Shown: positions 1 through 12,988 of the stretch, in pieces
How positions within the stretch are numbered: the stretch's first letter is position 1
Layout: each line of letters opens with the position of its first letter
From: Schmidtea polychroa
Lineage: Eukaryota
Assembly: GCA_044892525.1 (NCBI GenBank)
Contig: CM097886.1
Span: 26,846,001-26,910,000, forward strand
DNA: 64,000 nt
Direction: 5' to 3'
Notes under the pieces: generated by a model
What the model was told of the DNA's origin: nothing
Database searches by the model: none
The model's input: only the letters and a program-made list of their open reading frames with translations
Made by a program: the position numbers and the translations under genes

Positions 1-240
1 GAACACAATCCAACCGGCGTCTGAGATTTACTAACAAACATACTACGTACTTTGCACGATTTTGAAACAATTCTATAATTTAATGTACCCAGCTGTTTAC
101 CAATCTTTATTTTGAAATCTTTATATCATTCAGAATACGACAATACCAATAATTTTCTCTTCCATTGCCTTTGTAAATATAATACCCATATTTATAAACT
201 TTACGAAATATTCTGTATGTTTCCTTTATTTGGCACTGTG

Positions 241-298
241 GGGTGTCGTGAGTGGGGTGACACTATGAATTACCGAACTGGGTGACACCAACCCTAGT
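241..298. mobile_element. Isolated end fragment of a non-autonomous DNA transposon (hAT-like subterminal GGGTGACAC motifs)
   Basis: GGGTGACAC occurs twice within 45 bp, followed by CAACCCTAGTG, in a GC-richer island. No partner end found. Confidence 0.35.
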
Positions 299-1289
299 GG
301 CAGAAATAATTTGGAACACATTTTTTGAATACAGAATTTAACGATTGCGATATTAGTGAAACTGACAAAAAGAATAAAAGATTTTACTGAAACTATTACA
401 ACTAAAATTCATGATTATTCTAAAATTGTGCGCTTTTTAAAAGTATTCAAATAAATTAAAAATTTAGTCATTCAGATTTTCTATCTTTTTGCATGAAGGA
501 GGAAAATATTGCATTTCCAAATCACTTTTTCTTCAGTATTCCCGCTAAATTTACAAAATTCTTTATAAATTCATCTTGTACAGGAATAAGCTAGGTAAAC
601 GGAAACAGGAATTTACATATGATCTTATTGAATTCTACTGATTCAATTTCAGAAACTGCTGGAATAATATTTTGTAAATAAATCTCGAATTTTATATTGA
701 AAACTGCTTCAGTAAATTCATTCGAAGGATACATTTGTTTGTTTTTTTATAAGAAATGGGGGCATTTGATAATTTTCCTAGAATATAAATTTTTTAATTG
801 AATTCTGCATGAATAAAAATCATAAACAAAACAAATTACTTTTAGATTATATACCGTTTTGATTGCAAATATTTAAAAAGTTCTATCCCAAGTATGATCG
901 AGTTTCTTACATGGTCTTGGTGGGAGTCAGATATACGCAAAATTAGTTGCATTTACAATATTGCAACACACTTTATTTAACTAAGACAGTAATTAAATTT
1001 TTTTATTTTAAATGAAAATAATATTTAACTAAAAAATTATCTTTACATTATACGGTATGTTTGGTAATTGTCAAATACTTTTAGAAAATAAATATATAAT
1101 TAAAATATATATATTAATTATAATCATATTACTATATTCGTATTTGTCTTATTATTTCGTAAAATAGGAATTTTGAATTTTTATTTGAATTTTGCATTTA
1201 ATTTTAATTTAGAGTTTCTGTGTTATTTTTTTGTTTTAATATTATTATTATTTTTGGGCCAGAAGGCCAGTAATTAAAATTAATTAATT

Positions 1290-1848
1290 AATAGTAATTA
1301 AAATAAGCCTGTTAGAGCAGCTAACATAAGCATATATACCGCAAAAAGTATATTTAAAATAATAAAAAATACACAAACACTTAATTAAACAATAAAACAC
1401 AAATAATTAAAATTAATGAAAAGCAAGAAGTTGCAAAAACAAAAGATAAAAAATAACATGCAATAATAAATAAAAAATTCTCTAAAAATCTAGTTTAAAT
1501 AAATAAGATTAAGTTAAATTATAAAGATCTTTCGATTGTTTAATCGAACTAAATAAATTAACCAGACCTGATCAGTGCAAATGGATATATCCGTACGGGT
1601 AGAATACCTGATTAACCGTCAAATCAAACAGGCGGAGGAAACTAAATGTACGATCCCTCTAGAATATTCCCGTTCTAATAAGCTAGCTAAACTCTACCGC
1701 TGTATACTGTACCAACGCGCTATACAGTTGGTTGTCTGAAATAGCCATATTTGGCCTTCTAGGCGTTACCCAAGCAACAGAATACCACCCCTAGATATAA
1801 CACCACCAGAAAGCCTTACTTCCTTTTTTGAGTCATGATAGGTAACTC
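1290..1848 (+). repeat. Dispersed repeat family R1 (A-rich segment plus GC-richer tail), approximate bounds
   Basis: Shares GCAG(G)CTAACATAA...GCAAGAAGT with 58138-58290, GGGTAGAA.ACC...CAGGCGGAGGA with 59678-59705, and CCGCT.TATAC.GTACCAACGCG with 61202-61224. Confidence 0.6.
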
Positions 1849-2083
1849 NNNNNNNNNNNNNNNNNNNNNNNNNNNNNNNNNNNNNNNNNNNNNNNNNNNN
1901 NNNNNNNNNNNNNNNNNNNNNNNNNNNNNNNNNNNNNNNNNNNNNNNNNNNNNNNNNNNNNNNNNNNNNNNNNNNNNNNNNNNNNNNNNNNNNNNNNNNN
2001 NNNNNNNNNNNNNNNNNNNNNNNNNNNNNNNNNNNNNNNNNNNNNNNNNNNNNNNNNNNNNNNNNNNNNNNNNNNNNNNNNNN
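1849..2083. other. Assembly gap (N run)
   Basis: 235 N bases. Confidence 1.
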
Positions 2084-2272
2084 TTATTATCAAAAGATAA
2101 AAATAGAAATAATTAAACGATAATTACTATTTCGCATAATTTTGGCTTATTGAATATTATATTTAAATTTTAAAAGTTCACCTGAAAATAAGTTTCCCAT
2201 TTTGAATTAATTAAGAACTTTTCAATTAAATCAATGATATCTTTTTGTACGTCTGTCACAGACAAGTGTACG

Positions 2273-2739
2273 TGTTAAACAGCTCTGCTTAGCCAAGTGG
2301 AAAAGGTCCTAAATAATTCTATTGGATCGTCAATCCAATGCATAAAAAAATAACTGACAGCAAGATCAATGTCGGGATTTTTTTGAGAATCTCCTTTAAT
2401 TCTTCGAAGTTATTTAGATTACATTTCTCATACTTTATTTCTATTGTTTAGCGAATTCAATGAAATGTTCAGACTATAATTCAGAAATTTAAAACAATAC
2501 AAAAAAGATATAATAATTATATTCACATTATCAATTCCAATGAAAGTTTCGGGTTTGAAAATTTCAATGAAAAAATCTGTTATAATTCCGTTTCCACAAC
2601 CGAGATCCAAAATCTTTCTGTAAACTTTTTGCTTTGGAATTACATACTCTGGTACGAGCTTGCTTACGTACTGTATCGTAAAGAATCCCCATTGATCATA
2701 TTCTTCACCGGTTAAAGTTGTGAAACTTATTACAAATCT
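2273..2739 (-). pseudogene. Class I SAM-dependent methyltransferase (Methyltransf_11/JHAMT-like), two exons, with frameshifts
   Basis: Exon 2739-2527 (acceptor TTTAG, donor GTGAAT) encodes motif I RKILDLGCGNG and FIGIDN. A 53-nt intron follows (2526-2474). The next exon reads SEHFIEFAKQ, then after frameshifts IKYEKCNL and NPDIDLAVSYFFMHWIDDP. One shift lies in a T7 run (2378-2384). Confidence 0.75.
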
Positions 2740-3565
2740 CTAAACCCCAGTGTAAAGTTTATATAATATTCGATTTGTTTATTTATTTATATATTCCATT
2801 TTTAAACTGATGACTGAATAAAAAAGTAAATTATTTACATTATAATTTTTATTTATATTAATTATAGTGGTATACTGATAATTTTTCAACACAATATTTT
2901 ATTATTAAAACTTTTACTTAGTTACTAGCTTTACTACCGTCTTCATCCAGGATTTAATTTCATATTCCTTTAGATGTCACTAATAAATTTTGAAAGTCAA
3001 GACTTTCGAGAAAGAAAAATTACTGAGAAATCAAGTAATTTGATTCATAATATTATTATTTCAATAATTGGTCATAGTAGGTAGTTAATGGCCCTCTAGG
3101 GCAGACCATCCAGTGTATCCTTCCCTCTCTTCTCTTACTCTTGGTGGGATTTCTTTAATTGCTCCAGAAGGGTAATTGGATTCACACTATTGTCAGGGTG
3201 TATAATTTTAAAATTAAGTAAATTAGGGCAATATTTAAAAAATAAGTAATAAGTTTAAACTTTTTGGTAAAATATTTTGATGAATCGAAGGCAATTGAGA
3301 AATGGAGGTTTTGGGTTATGATGTAAATAATTTTTCATTTCTATTTCTTGTTTCAATTAACTGAAAACAGGTAAATAGCCAACTGAGACACCTCATATAA
3401 CTTGTAAATCGCACAAAGAATAGTTAAATTACTATAAAACACTAAATAAAACAAAAATAAAAATATAACAAAAGTAAAAATAAGTAAAACAATAGTAATA
3501 AAATTAGAAAAAAGCAAAAGGTTTGCATATGAAACACATTATGAAAAGCATTAAAACAAATAATA

Positions 3566-3889
3566 AATGGCTGGAAAAATACAACAATCGTCAATGATTG
3601 GGCCAAGTTAAAAGATGCATTGGCTGCTAAACTTATTGGAGGATATATTAAGAGACTAATGCGTCAAAAGTTTTACAATAGAGTTCAAAATCCAAATGAA
3701 ACAGTGAACGAATTTGCATATCATTTATCGACCCTTGCCAGCAAATCCTTTGAAGAAGACTTGAAACAACCAAGATTAGCCCAACAGATGCAGGAGCTAA
3801 TTCAAGACCAATTTTTGTCAGGAGTAAATAAAGATATAAAGACGGCATTGTGCTGTGTAGACTATGATAATTTTGATGATGAATGGTGA
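3566..3889 (+). mobile_element. Retrotransposon Gag (Retrotrans_gag-like) relic
   Basis: Reads WLENTTIVNDWAKLKDAL...FYNRVQNPNETVNEFAYHLSTLASK...LIQDQFLSGV, matching the Q..ETV.EF...L..LA....DQF..G gag pattern. Confidence 0.7.
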
Positions 3890-5618
3890 AAAGTGAGCGT
3901 ACCTTTCTACACTATAATTGGAAGGTGCTTGAAAGGGTTCACGGGCTGCTGATAGAAGGTCTGTGTCCATCTGTCGTTTAGGTCCTTTCAATCACAACTT
4001 TCAACTAATATTAGGATGTTATTACCCTCTCACTACTTAATAAACGAAAATAACTGTTTAAATAAATGAATACCTTAATTTAAAAGAAATCGAGGTTATA
4101 CACATGTTCATTACAACTGATCCTTGGTCGAGATCAATTTTCGATGCAGCTTGAGCCGTGCTCGTTCGGTTTTCCCGGGGTGTTTCCTTTACTGTGCTGC
4201 CTGTCGTTTTTCGCTCTGTCACTTCCACTTCAACTGATCGGATTTGTCGAGCTAGATGCCGGTTGATACTGTCATGACTCATTTACGTTTCCAGCTGTCG
4301 TACTCGGAGTCGAAGCGCCTTCATCTTGACTTGATCTTGTGTGTCTTGAAGTTGCAGTTGGTGGATTGGCTTTAGACACTTCTACATGTCCATGGGACTA
4401 AACCAGGTGTTTTTACCTCTGTGCGCCGTCCCTGGGGCTTGATCACTCAAGGTTGCAACTCCTCTACCTGCTTCTGTGCAACTTCTTGCTAGGCTCTCAG
4501 GTTTTCCATCAATTTAAGCACTAAATAAAGAAAATAGCTTTAATTTTAGTCATGTTTGAGTCTATTTCACAACAATTTCGAAGATAAGCGTGCCTTATTC
4601 ATAGTGTCCCATCTAATTACCCTATTACGTATCATTGTTGATGATCTCACTTATTTTACCCGGAATTATTAGATTGCTGGTTTTAATTGAAACTATTATG
4701 TAATTATTAAGTTACTTATCATGTTTAATGATCTCCTAAATATTTCCATGATTGGAATTTTATCACCTTCAATGCTCTTCACTGTATTGTAAAATATTGC
4801 TGCCTAACTATGCATAAAATATAACCACCATTCTGAGCTATCTTTTTCGAAATATTCATGCAGAACGATGGACAATTGTCGATGGATAGGAAATATGATT
4901 TTAAAGGAAAATATAATTTTAAAATTCATTCAATAGTGGACATCATAGCCAACCTTGTAGTCTTACTGTAGCTTATCAAGCGCATGTATTCCACCTCTGC
5001 ATCCTCACAGAACTTTTTTAATAATTCAACCCTTTTTAATAATTCAATACTATATATAAAATTCTGCTCTTTCTTTTATTTATTATTCATTCACCAGACG
5101 TACCCATTTCGTGATTTGATTTCTTTGGTTTGATATATATATATATATATATTTACTCGTTATTTATTAGGACCTCTCCTAGTTCTTTATAAATATAAAT
5201 ATTTCGATGAGCTTTCTCCTGTTATCCAACAGGAAGAATAATATTATGATTTGACTGAGATGGGAACCAAGATAATCCACGACACATTTTTATAGAAATG
5301 ATTAAACGTTTCTGAATAACACTGACCAATGAAAATGACCAAACATTTTTATATCATCAAAACCAACCAAAGATAACAATGTCAAACTTTGTTGGGCGAT
5401 TTAGAAATTTACTTCTAATCAATTTATTTTTTATCAATAATTTATCTTTTTAAAATATTTAGTAAATAAGAAACCTAAAATTAATTTGAAACGATAAAAA
5501 AGTAATTAGAGTATGAAACTTTTTATTAAAAATAAAATTACTAAAAAGCTTTATCTTGTTTTCCTTTAAAATTAAGTTATATATATTTGTTTAAATAACA
5601 TGTTTTAAAATTTGAATA

Positions 5619-5642
5619 ATGGACATTATTAATGAAAATCAA
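5619..5642 (+). CDS. HAUS4: HAUS4-like gene, putative exon 1 (MDIINENQ)
   Basis: ATG at 5619 and donor GTAATT at 5643. A 54-nt intron ends TCACAG at 5696, and the join is in frame (phase 0). Confidence 0.5.
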
Positions 5643-5696
5643 GTAATTGAAATTTATATATTATTTATTGGTTATCGAATTTAATTTTTGTCACAG

Positions 5697-6104
5697 ATGA
5701 AAGATATTCAAGATTTTCAAAGAATATTAAATTTAAATAAACTGAAATATATGATATTTCAAAATTTTATGGAAAATCTAACTGTTTCAGAAACCAACGA
5801 AGCGTTGAAAAATAAAATTTCAAAAATACACACACGATGTTTTTTAACCATTAAATTCAATATGATTTTTGATAACAAAGTATTTGAAAATGATGAAATT
5901 CAGCTGAGAAATTTTGAAAAATGTGTATTCAGAGATTTTGTTAAGAATTATTTTGTTCAACGGAAAAATATTTTGACCTATTTATCAGACACCCAAGATG
6001 TTATGCAATTTTACAATTCATTAAATGATAAAATAATTTTGGCGAAGAAGAATAACGATCTTTTAAAAAATGAAATCATGGAAATGTATTGCAAAATATG
6101 TAGA
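5697..6104 (+). CDS. HAUS4: HAUS4-like gene, exon 2
   Basis: Open 136 codons inside track ORF 5688-6230, with a phase-0 donor AGA|GTAATT at 6104/6105. Confidence 0.6.
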
Positions 6105-6994
6105 GTAATTTTTGTTATTGCTAAAATTAATTTTTATATTTTGGGAAATTCTCTATCCGGCAACTTTATATTTATGATTTTGTTAGTCTGGTGTGTTTTG
6201 AATTTCTGTGTCAAAGAAGGTTATGAATAAATTAAAGTTGTCATTTAGGAAAAGTTAATTTTTGAAAATATATCAATATATAATTTTGATTGATCCTCGG
6301 ATAAAGTGGTCTAAACAAAATTTTAAATAGGGTGCGCAAGATGTTATTGATGAATATTAATGTTATGTGAATAGACCCATCCAGATATTTCATTAATACC
6401 ATTGTAGGATATTATTTATGGTTCGGGAGCAATATATTTCTTTATTAAAGGTTTCAGCTATTCTCTCAGGTACAGTTTCTATTAAAGACTTTCATTACAT
6501 AGGAACTTATACTACGCTGACATTTGCGTTTTTCAAAAATTAATTCATATATTTTCACTTCTTTTTGGATATTATACTATTCAAATTCATCATTGTTTTG
6601 ACATGAGGCTTTATGAGGCATTGTCGAACAACTTTTATGGCCCATACCCCTTGTTTCTCGAACATTCCACAATACCATTAAATTTTATTTAACTTAATAT
6701 TTTTAAAAGTTAAATATTTATTTTTATATATAATTTTCGATTCCGGTTCCCAAACAACATGGTACTTCTAGCCTCCGCATCCCACTATATCTAGGCATAT
6801 GTGTATGGAAAGTGAATGCGAAAGAAAAAAAAGCATAAAAGTGATTAGAATAGATTAGTAGTTATAATTTGGGTAATAATTATCAATTGAATCTGAATAA
6901 TCTAAATTAGGGTTGATCTTGAAATTTAAATAATGTACTTTTGATCACCTTACATGGATTTTTCACTTGTCCTTAGAATTTGAACAAGGCATAA

Positions 6995-7424
6995 AGTATA
7001 TTGCAGATTGAATAGTATATTGCATATTGAATAATATATTGCATATTGAATAATATATTGAATAGTATATTGCATATTGAATAGTATATTGCATATTGAA
7101 TAATATATTGCATATTGAATAATATATTGAATAGTATATTGCATATTGAATAGTATATTGCATATTGAATAGTATATTGCATTATTGAATAATATATTGC
7201 ATATTGAATAGTATATTGCATATTGAATAATATATTGCATTATTGAATAATATATTGCATATTGAATAGTATATTGCATATTGAATAGTATATTGCATAT
7301 TGAATAATATATTGCATATTGAATAGTATATTGCATATTGAATAGTATATTGCATATCGAATAGTATATTGCATATTGAATAATATATTGCATATTGAAT
7401 ATGTTGCATATTGAATAGTATATT
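6995..7424. repeat. Minisatellite, 19-bp unit TGCATATTGAATA(G/A)TATAT, about 22 copies, intronic
   Basis: Directly visible tandem array with G/A variants, two 12-bp partial units and occasional +T units. A degenerate tail runs to ~7490. Confidence 0.95.
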
Positions 7425-7706
7425 ATATATTGATTTGTATATTACATATTGATTATTACTATATTACGCATTGATTATTGCTATATTGATTTACAATTAA
7501 TATATATATTGCTTAAATAAAGATGATTTATCGATATTTTCAATAAATTTATTAATAAAATTCGAGTTTTTGATAAATATGATTCTTTTAAATGAATTTC
7601 ATTTGTCAAATACGAATTAATGCCTCGCCAAATGGACCCTTAGGTACGAGCTGTTATTCTTAAAACTTTTATCTAAACTATTTCATATTTTCTTTTACTT
7701 TTCCAG

Positions 7707-7906
7707 ATACTCAAAGAGTTTTTATCTAATTTAATTATAATTAAAGAATATGTAAGAAATCATGTGAGTAGATTAGACAGACTAATGTTTAAGCAACAAA
7801 CCATAAAATTAGATGCCTATATATCAACTGCGAAAGAACTTGTGGCGTCTATAAGAAAAACAGTTTATTTACACCCAAAAATCAAGATATATTTGAAAAT
7901 TGAAAG
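7707..7906 (+). CDS. HAUS4: HAUS4-like gene, exon 3
   Basis: Acceptor TTTCCAG at 7706 and donor AAAG|GTAATA at 7906/7907. Open 200 nt: ILKEFLSNL...SRLDRLMFKQQTIKLDAYIST...TVYLHPKIKIYLKIE. Resembles human HAUS4 SELDRINAQYLEVKCGAMIL...TYT as I recall it. Confidence 0.7.
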
Positions 7907-8507
7907 GTAATAATATAGTCTATAAAACTTTCTTTGATTAATTCCTAATGTTTCATTTATAGTTTTAACATTATAAACCTTATCACCAATATCTAATTCT
8001 TTATTTTATTAAATCCCAAATAAAATTTTCCTATAAAAACTTGCTAATTGATAGTTGTTAGAACATTTAGAAATACTCATAATTTTAAAAGTTTATTTTA
8101 TCACAATTGCGGTTATTGAAACAAAATGAGATTGGGCTCTAACTCTATAAATAAATAAAGATGAAAATTCTCCCATATGATAGAGCTCCCCACTGTCGGT
8201 CCTATGGTGCTGAAAATTTGCATGTGGCCCTCATTTGCCTCGGGACAGGTCTTAGGTTATGTTATGCCTACTATCATGCTTACGGTTCCAAAAAAAATCA
8301 CAATATTAAGTGGATCGTGATAATAACCGAAACTCGCTTAATATCCACATACGTGACATTAACCGAAAACTCGGTTATTATCATTATTTATGACAATAAC
8401 CGAAATTTTATTTCAATGGAGAATTTATTTATGAAAAAAGACATTTTATTGACTTCTTAATTATTTTCAATATATTGACTAGTAATAATTCATACACGCT
8501 CGCAAAT

Positions 8508-9758
8508 TTATTTGAACCATTTTGTTAATTGACGTGTTTTGGTTGCATTTTCTAATATATAGTGTGCTGAACTATTTAATCCGACTGATTTAAACAGTCC
8601 CAAGCTGCTACATTGTTATTTGTGAAACATTTGAATATTTTTAAAAGATTCTCAAGCAATATTGTTGGTTATAGTTGTTGCAGTTGATTCTGTTTCATCG
8701 TCGCTATCACTTGCCACATTAATATTTTCATTTTGCTTTTTTTGTTCCGCGAATCATTCAAAGGTTCTGAAATTCTTCATTGATATCCATTTCCTAATAT
8801 TCATTAAATCAAAATCCAGTTCATTTATATACAAAGTAAGTTCGTCACTTTCAATTAAATCTGGGGCATTATTACAAAATTTTGCCTTTTTGAAACAATT
8901 CTGTACAGTTATGTTAGTAACGTTGTTCCATGCTTCTTTTATGAAAAGTACCGCATCCAATAGATAAAGTTTTTCTACTATTTGCCCAGCTGCTAGTAAT
9001 TTCAATACAAGTAATCGACGATAATGGAACTTAAAATTGCGGATAATGCCTTGATTACACGGTTGAGCTAGTGATGTTACATTGGGTAGTTTACAGGTAA
9101 CTGTCTAACACCTCGAAAGCAACGCGGTGTTTTAGATTTGCCAATTAATAAAACTGGTTGCTTTTCACCATCCATACTGGCACAAAGTAAAATAGTAACT
9201 CTTTCTTTTGATACTTTACTCCCAGAAAGTTCAGTTCAGCCTTAAAGACATGTGAACCATTCGGCATTGCACGCCACAAATGCCAGTTTCGTCGGTGTTG
9301 AAAATATCTTTTGGTTGATAGCGGCGGAATACATCGACCAAGGTTGTAGATAACCATTCTGCTGCAGGAACATCTATATCAACTTTTTCCCCATTTTATA
9401 TACGATTCCAAATCTTTTCTTCCATCTATCTAACCATCCATTAGTGGCCACAAAATTTATGACGGATAGATCTCTAGCAAATGCTTCAGCTTTGACACGC
9501 AGTATTTCACCGCTGATGCTAATGTTGGTGGCTAAAGCACCCACAAACCATTTATACAATGTTTTATCTACATCTTCAGCTCTGGTATGCCGTTTTCTTT
9601 TTCTATTGCTGTTTAGGTTTACAACATCAGATAATGCACTTTTGTTTTTATAAATTTTCCTCACAGTTGATGAATCAATGTTGAATTTCTTAGCAACAAG
9701 TTGCTATAATATCCAATTTTTGTTTTACAGTTAATTCTGTTCGTTTACGCTCTGTCAT
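8508..9758 (-). mobile_element. Tigger/pogo transposase relic (frameshifts and internal deletion)
   Basis: MTERKRTELTVKQKLDII (psq HTH), CENP-B HTH ending ATNGWLDRWKKRFGI, then DIFNTDETG, IGKSKTPRCF, LPNVTSLAQPCNQGII and AWNNVTNITVQNCFKKA. The segment carrying the second catalytic Asp is deleted. Confidence 0.9.
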
Positions 9759-10766
9759 TTTAGAAATTATAAATTACATACATGTCTATTAAAACAAAAA
9801 TCAATTTAATCTCAAAAAAATTAAGAAAAGTTATTAAAATTTACCTCCATTATCTATTAAATTATCCATTTCATTATCAGTATCCATTAAAAACCAAATC
9901 AATTAACTAAAGAGTTATTAAATACAAACACTGCGTTTTGTTCCGCAAATCTCTTCGAGGCTATTCTTTTAATTTTGATGTTGATTTCAATACTGGCTAA
10001 TTTTTTAAATAAGTAGTAATATATATTTTAATCTTAATTTAATTTACTATTTTTTCAATCTTTTTCCTTTGAAAATTTTGCAAAATCCTAGTTAGGCATC
10101 TTATGTTTTCCATTGACTTCAATAGGATAATTATATTGTTTAAATAAGACTAAAAAATGTACAGGTTAATTTTTCCAAATATTTTACAATCAATTACAAA
10201 AAGATTTATCACAGTTCATTCTTCGTCCTTCCCAATATGGTCCTCAAAGTAACATCGTCTATAACGGTTGTTAGTTTGTTTGCATTTCTTAATATCGTTT
10301 CTATCTATTTCTTTACCAATTGAATTTTCATGGCTACTTTTCCTTTTTTCTCGGTCTCCAAGTAACACCGCTCGGTTATGTAAACAAGCGCAAATATCTT
10401 TTAACCCTTATATTACTTCTCCAATGTTTAGTGAAGAACGAATTCGCAAAGTTTACGACAGTTTTACTTGGGGTTTTCTATTCATTTATCGTTATCTCCA
10501 TCGCTTCATTTGTATATTATATATTCATCATATCAACTCATACTGATAAAAGCTCGGAAAATATGAGTTTACGCTTAATTCATAAGAGCGGTATAACTAC
10601 TTTGACCACATTCAGCTAGTCTACCAACTAAAATCGCTTAAAATGTATAATTTTTATTTGCGTTTATCAACCTATTTGAATATTTAGAGAAATTTTTAAT
10701 TTTAAGATATTTTAATTTAATTTATCATCATTTATGGTTGCTCTTTTACTACTAATTGTTACCTAG

Positions 10767-10947
10767 AGAAGATAAAGAATCTAAACTAAAGGCTAAAAAG
10801 AATGAAATTGAAACATTGCAAAAAATTTTACATGGATATCGTGAAAATTGCTCCGATGAATATTTGATAAGTTTGAAAAGATATAAAACTCTTATTGAAG
10901 AAATCGATAATGTGAAATGGGGCATTGATGAGTTCGGGTTACATTGA
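10767..10947 (+). CDS. HAUS4: HAUS4-like gene, terminal exon
   Basis: Acceptor CCTAG at 10766; its phase 2 matches exon 3. LHGYRENCSDEYLISLKRYKTLIEEIDNVKWGIDEF aligns with the HAUS4 C-terminus LNSYEVLGEEFDRLVKEYTVLKQATENKRWALQEF (recalled, not searched). Confidence 0.75.
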
Positions 10948-12612
10948 AACCATATTTCATAATATATATTTTTATATATTCTTCACTATTGATCAATTAT
11001 TTGCAATATTTTTTCTCCTCATTTCCATTAAACTATAGATCAATAAATTTAATAAATTGGTTCGGCTTTAATGAAGCGAATTCGGCTAATTTAGAAGTGG
11101 AGAGAATCATGGTTTGTTTTTGGTATTAATTCTGAGTACTTGAGTACTGCTTTTCTCGTGTTATGCTTGTACTGTTTTCGATAATATTGTGAAAATCAAT
11201 TATTATAGCTTTGAATATATTGATTCTAAATTATGACGAAATGCAGAAATTATAAATTACACTGGGACGAGATTTTAATCATTTTGTCATATCTACCGAC
11301 CAATCACGGTCGGCGGCATGATTCGCTGATAGATCATACCCCCGCCGTTCAATATCGAAAGGAATTAATCAATGATCTTACTTCCTTTTCCCTACAAACA
11401 CCACCATTTACACCATTGAAAGAGAGGGTAAATATAATTGTCTAGGATGGAGAAACAAATGAACATAAACATCTACATTTGAGGCTAAATTTGACGAAAC
11501 TTAATACCATTCAGCATTTGCAAATTCGAAATAATTGAAATAGTAAAAATACCCAAAATCAAACACATGTTTATATGACATCAGACTCAATCATTTCAAC
11601 GGCGATATATTTTTTTATTTTGACCCAATTTGCTACACCCGCATCTCATAGAAAGAAATCTGGAAGATTTGGATTTTTATGTAGATTGGGAATAGGAGTG
11701 CATCGCCAGCTGAAATTTTTCTTCGTTCTAATGGCTCTTAGCACTCGATATGCAATAGTTGTAATAATCTCTCCCGATTTTTTAGGAGCCATTGGCCGGA
11801 GGATAATTGGAGCACAGTCGATAAATCACAATATCCTTCAGCGTGTTCTTAACCTCTTCTACAAATTTTATAAGGTTATTTATTATAATAGATTTTAATT
11901 TTATACGTTTAATTATAAATTTTGAAATTGTTTGAATTTAAACAAATATATTTCGAACTAGTGCCGTTTTATCATTTTTGATAACTTTGGAGGGATGATA
12001 AAAATCTTTTGTTTGTCCTTAAATTATATTGAAAATTCCCGATAAATAAAATAAATGCAAGATCCCTCGAAACAAAACCAACCCCTTTTAAGTTTGATAA
12101 ACATCTTATGGCTTGCAACTATTAGATTCGTTGTAAAAAACTCATTAACAAAATTTTTCTGAAATAGAAGAGTGAAGGATAATTATAAAATATTCGTTAA
12201 TCTTGTCGATGAAGGGTGGTTTGGCTGGGCGAGTATGCTGAATGAATGCCGGATAGACTTGATAAAAATCTAAACTAACTCTATATGACACGAAGTAATG
12301 ACATAATCCATGTCCAATGCAAGGCTATGTGAAGGAAATTCCTCGGCAGGTCGCTATTGCGAAATCCGAGTCGCTGTCGAAAAGTCAACAACAAAGTTGA
12401 TTACCCGATTCTATATTATCGGTGTATCTTTATTTCCAATTGATATCGAAGTTCGATTAAAATCTGTATCTATTTCAATTAATTCGCTTTTTCCATTGAC
12501 ACGCTTGTCGACAATTTTTCTAAGGTCCAAATTATTTATGAGATACTGTAAAATTTATCTGTCTATTGTAAACGGAGTTGGACATTTCATTGCCGCCGTT
12601 TCAGTCCCACTG

Positions 12613-12988
12613 ATTCAGTCCTGGTCAAATCAATCCCGACTGTTTCAGTACTGACCGTTGCATTAGTCCCTGATTATCGCATCTCCAGAACTTCTTTTCT
12701 CCGTTTTCGCTCATTTTGTGGAAGTTGAAAGATGCCCTTCATCTACCAACTTCTTACGTCCTTCCTGTGACTTCAAATCATCAGTCATGACGGTTAGTTT
12801 AGTTAAAATTTAACGTTTTGCGAATTAATAAAAATATTAATAATTCCTAATATTTACTAATACTAATGTTTTTTTTACATTTGTCTAAGCGTGTTTTCTT
12901 TTCGTCACAATGTTTCATCCAAAATTAGGCCTTAGGACTTAAACGGTCAGTACTGAAACAGTCGGGACTGATTTGACTAGGACTGAAT
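12613..12988. mobile_element. Inverted-repeat (MITE-like) element, 47-bp arms
   Basis: 12613-12659 ATTCAGTCCTGGTCAAATCAATCCCGACTGTTTCAGTACTGACCGTT is the reverse complement of 12942-12988 with 2 mismatches. The true termini and TSD are not resolved. Confidence 0.7.

Noticed and set aside
1833-2116. Track ORFs made of X residues
   Set aside because: Artefacts of the N run.
3900-4520. GC-richer block with ORF 4058-4282
   Set aside because: Probably a retroelement relic, but no motif was recognised in any frame.
6105-6230. Hydrophobic C-terminal tail of track ORF 5688-6230, suggesting a membrane protein
   Set aside because: It lies after a good phase-0 donor and is better explained as intron read-through.
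6950-7409. Four minus-strand ORFs of repetitive QYAIYYSICNILFN peptide; also considered as a CRISPR-like array
   Set aside because: These are translations of the 19-bp minisatellite. There are no unique spacers and the context is eukaryotic.
10268-10619. Two overlapping + strand ORFs inside HAUS4-like intron 3
   Set aside because: No recognisable domain, and exons 3 and 4 already join in frame without them. An extra exon cannot be fully excluded.
11575-12654. Possible integrase-like fragments on the minus strand (YPPANG...)
   Set aside because: Too degraded to support a call.
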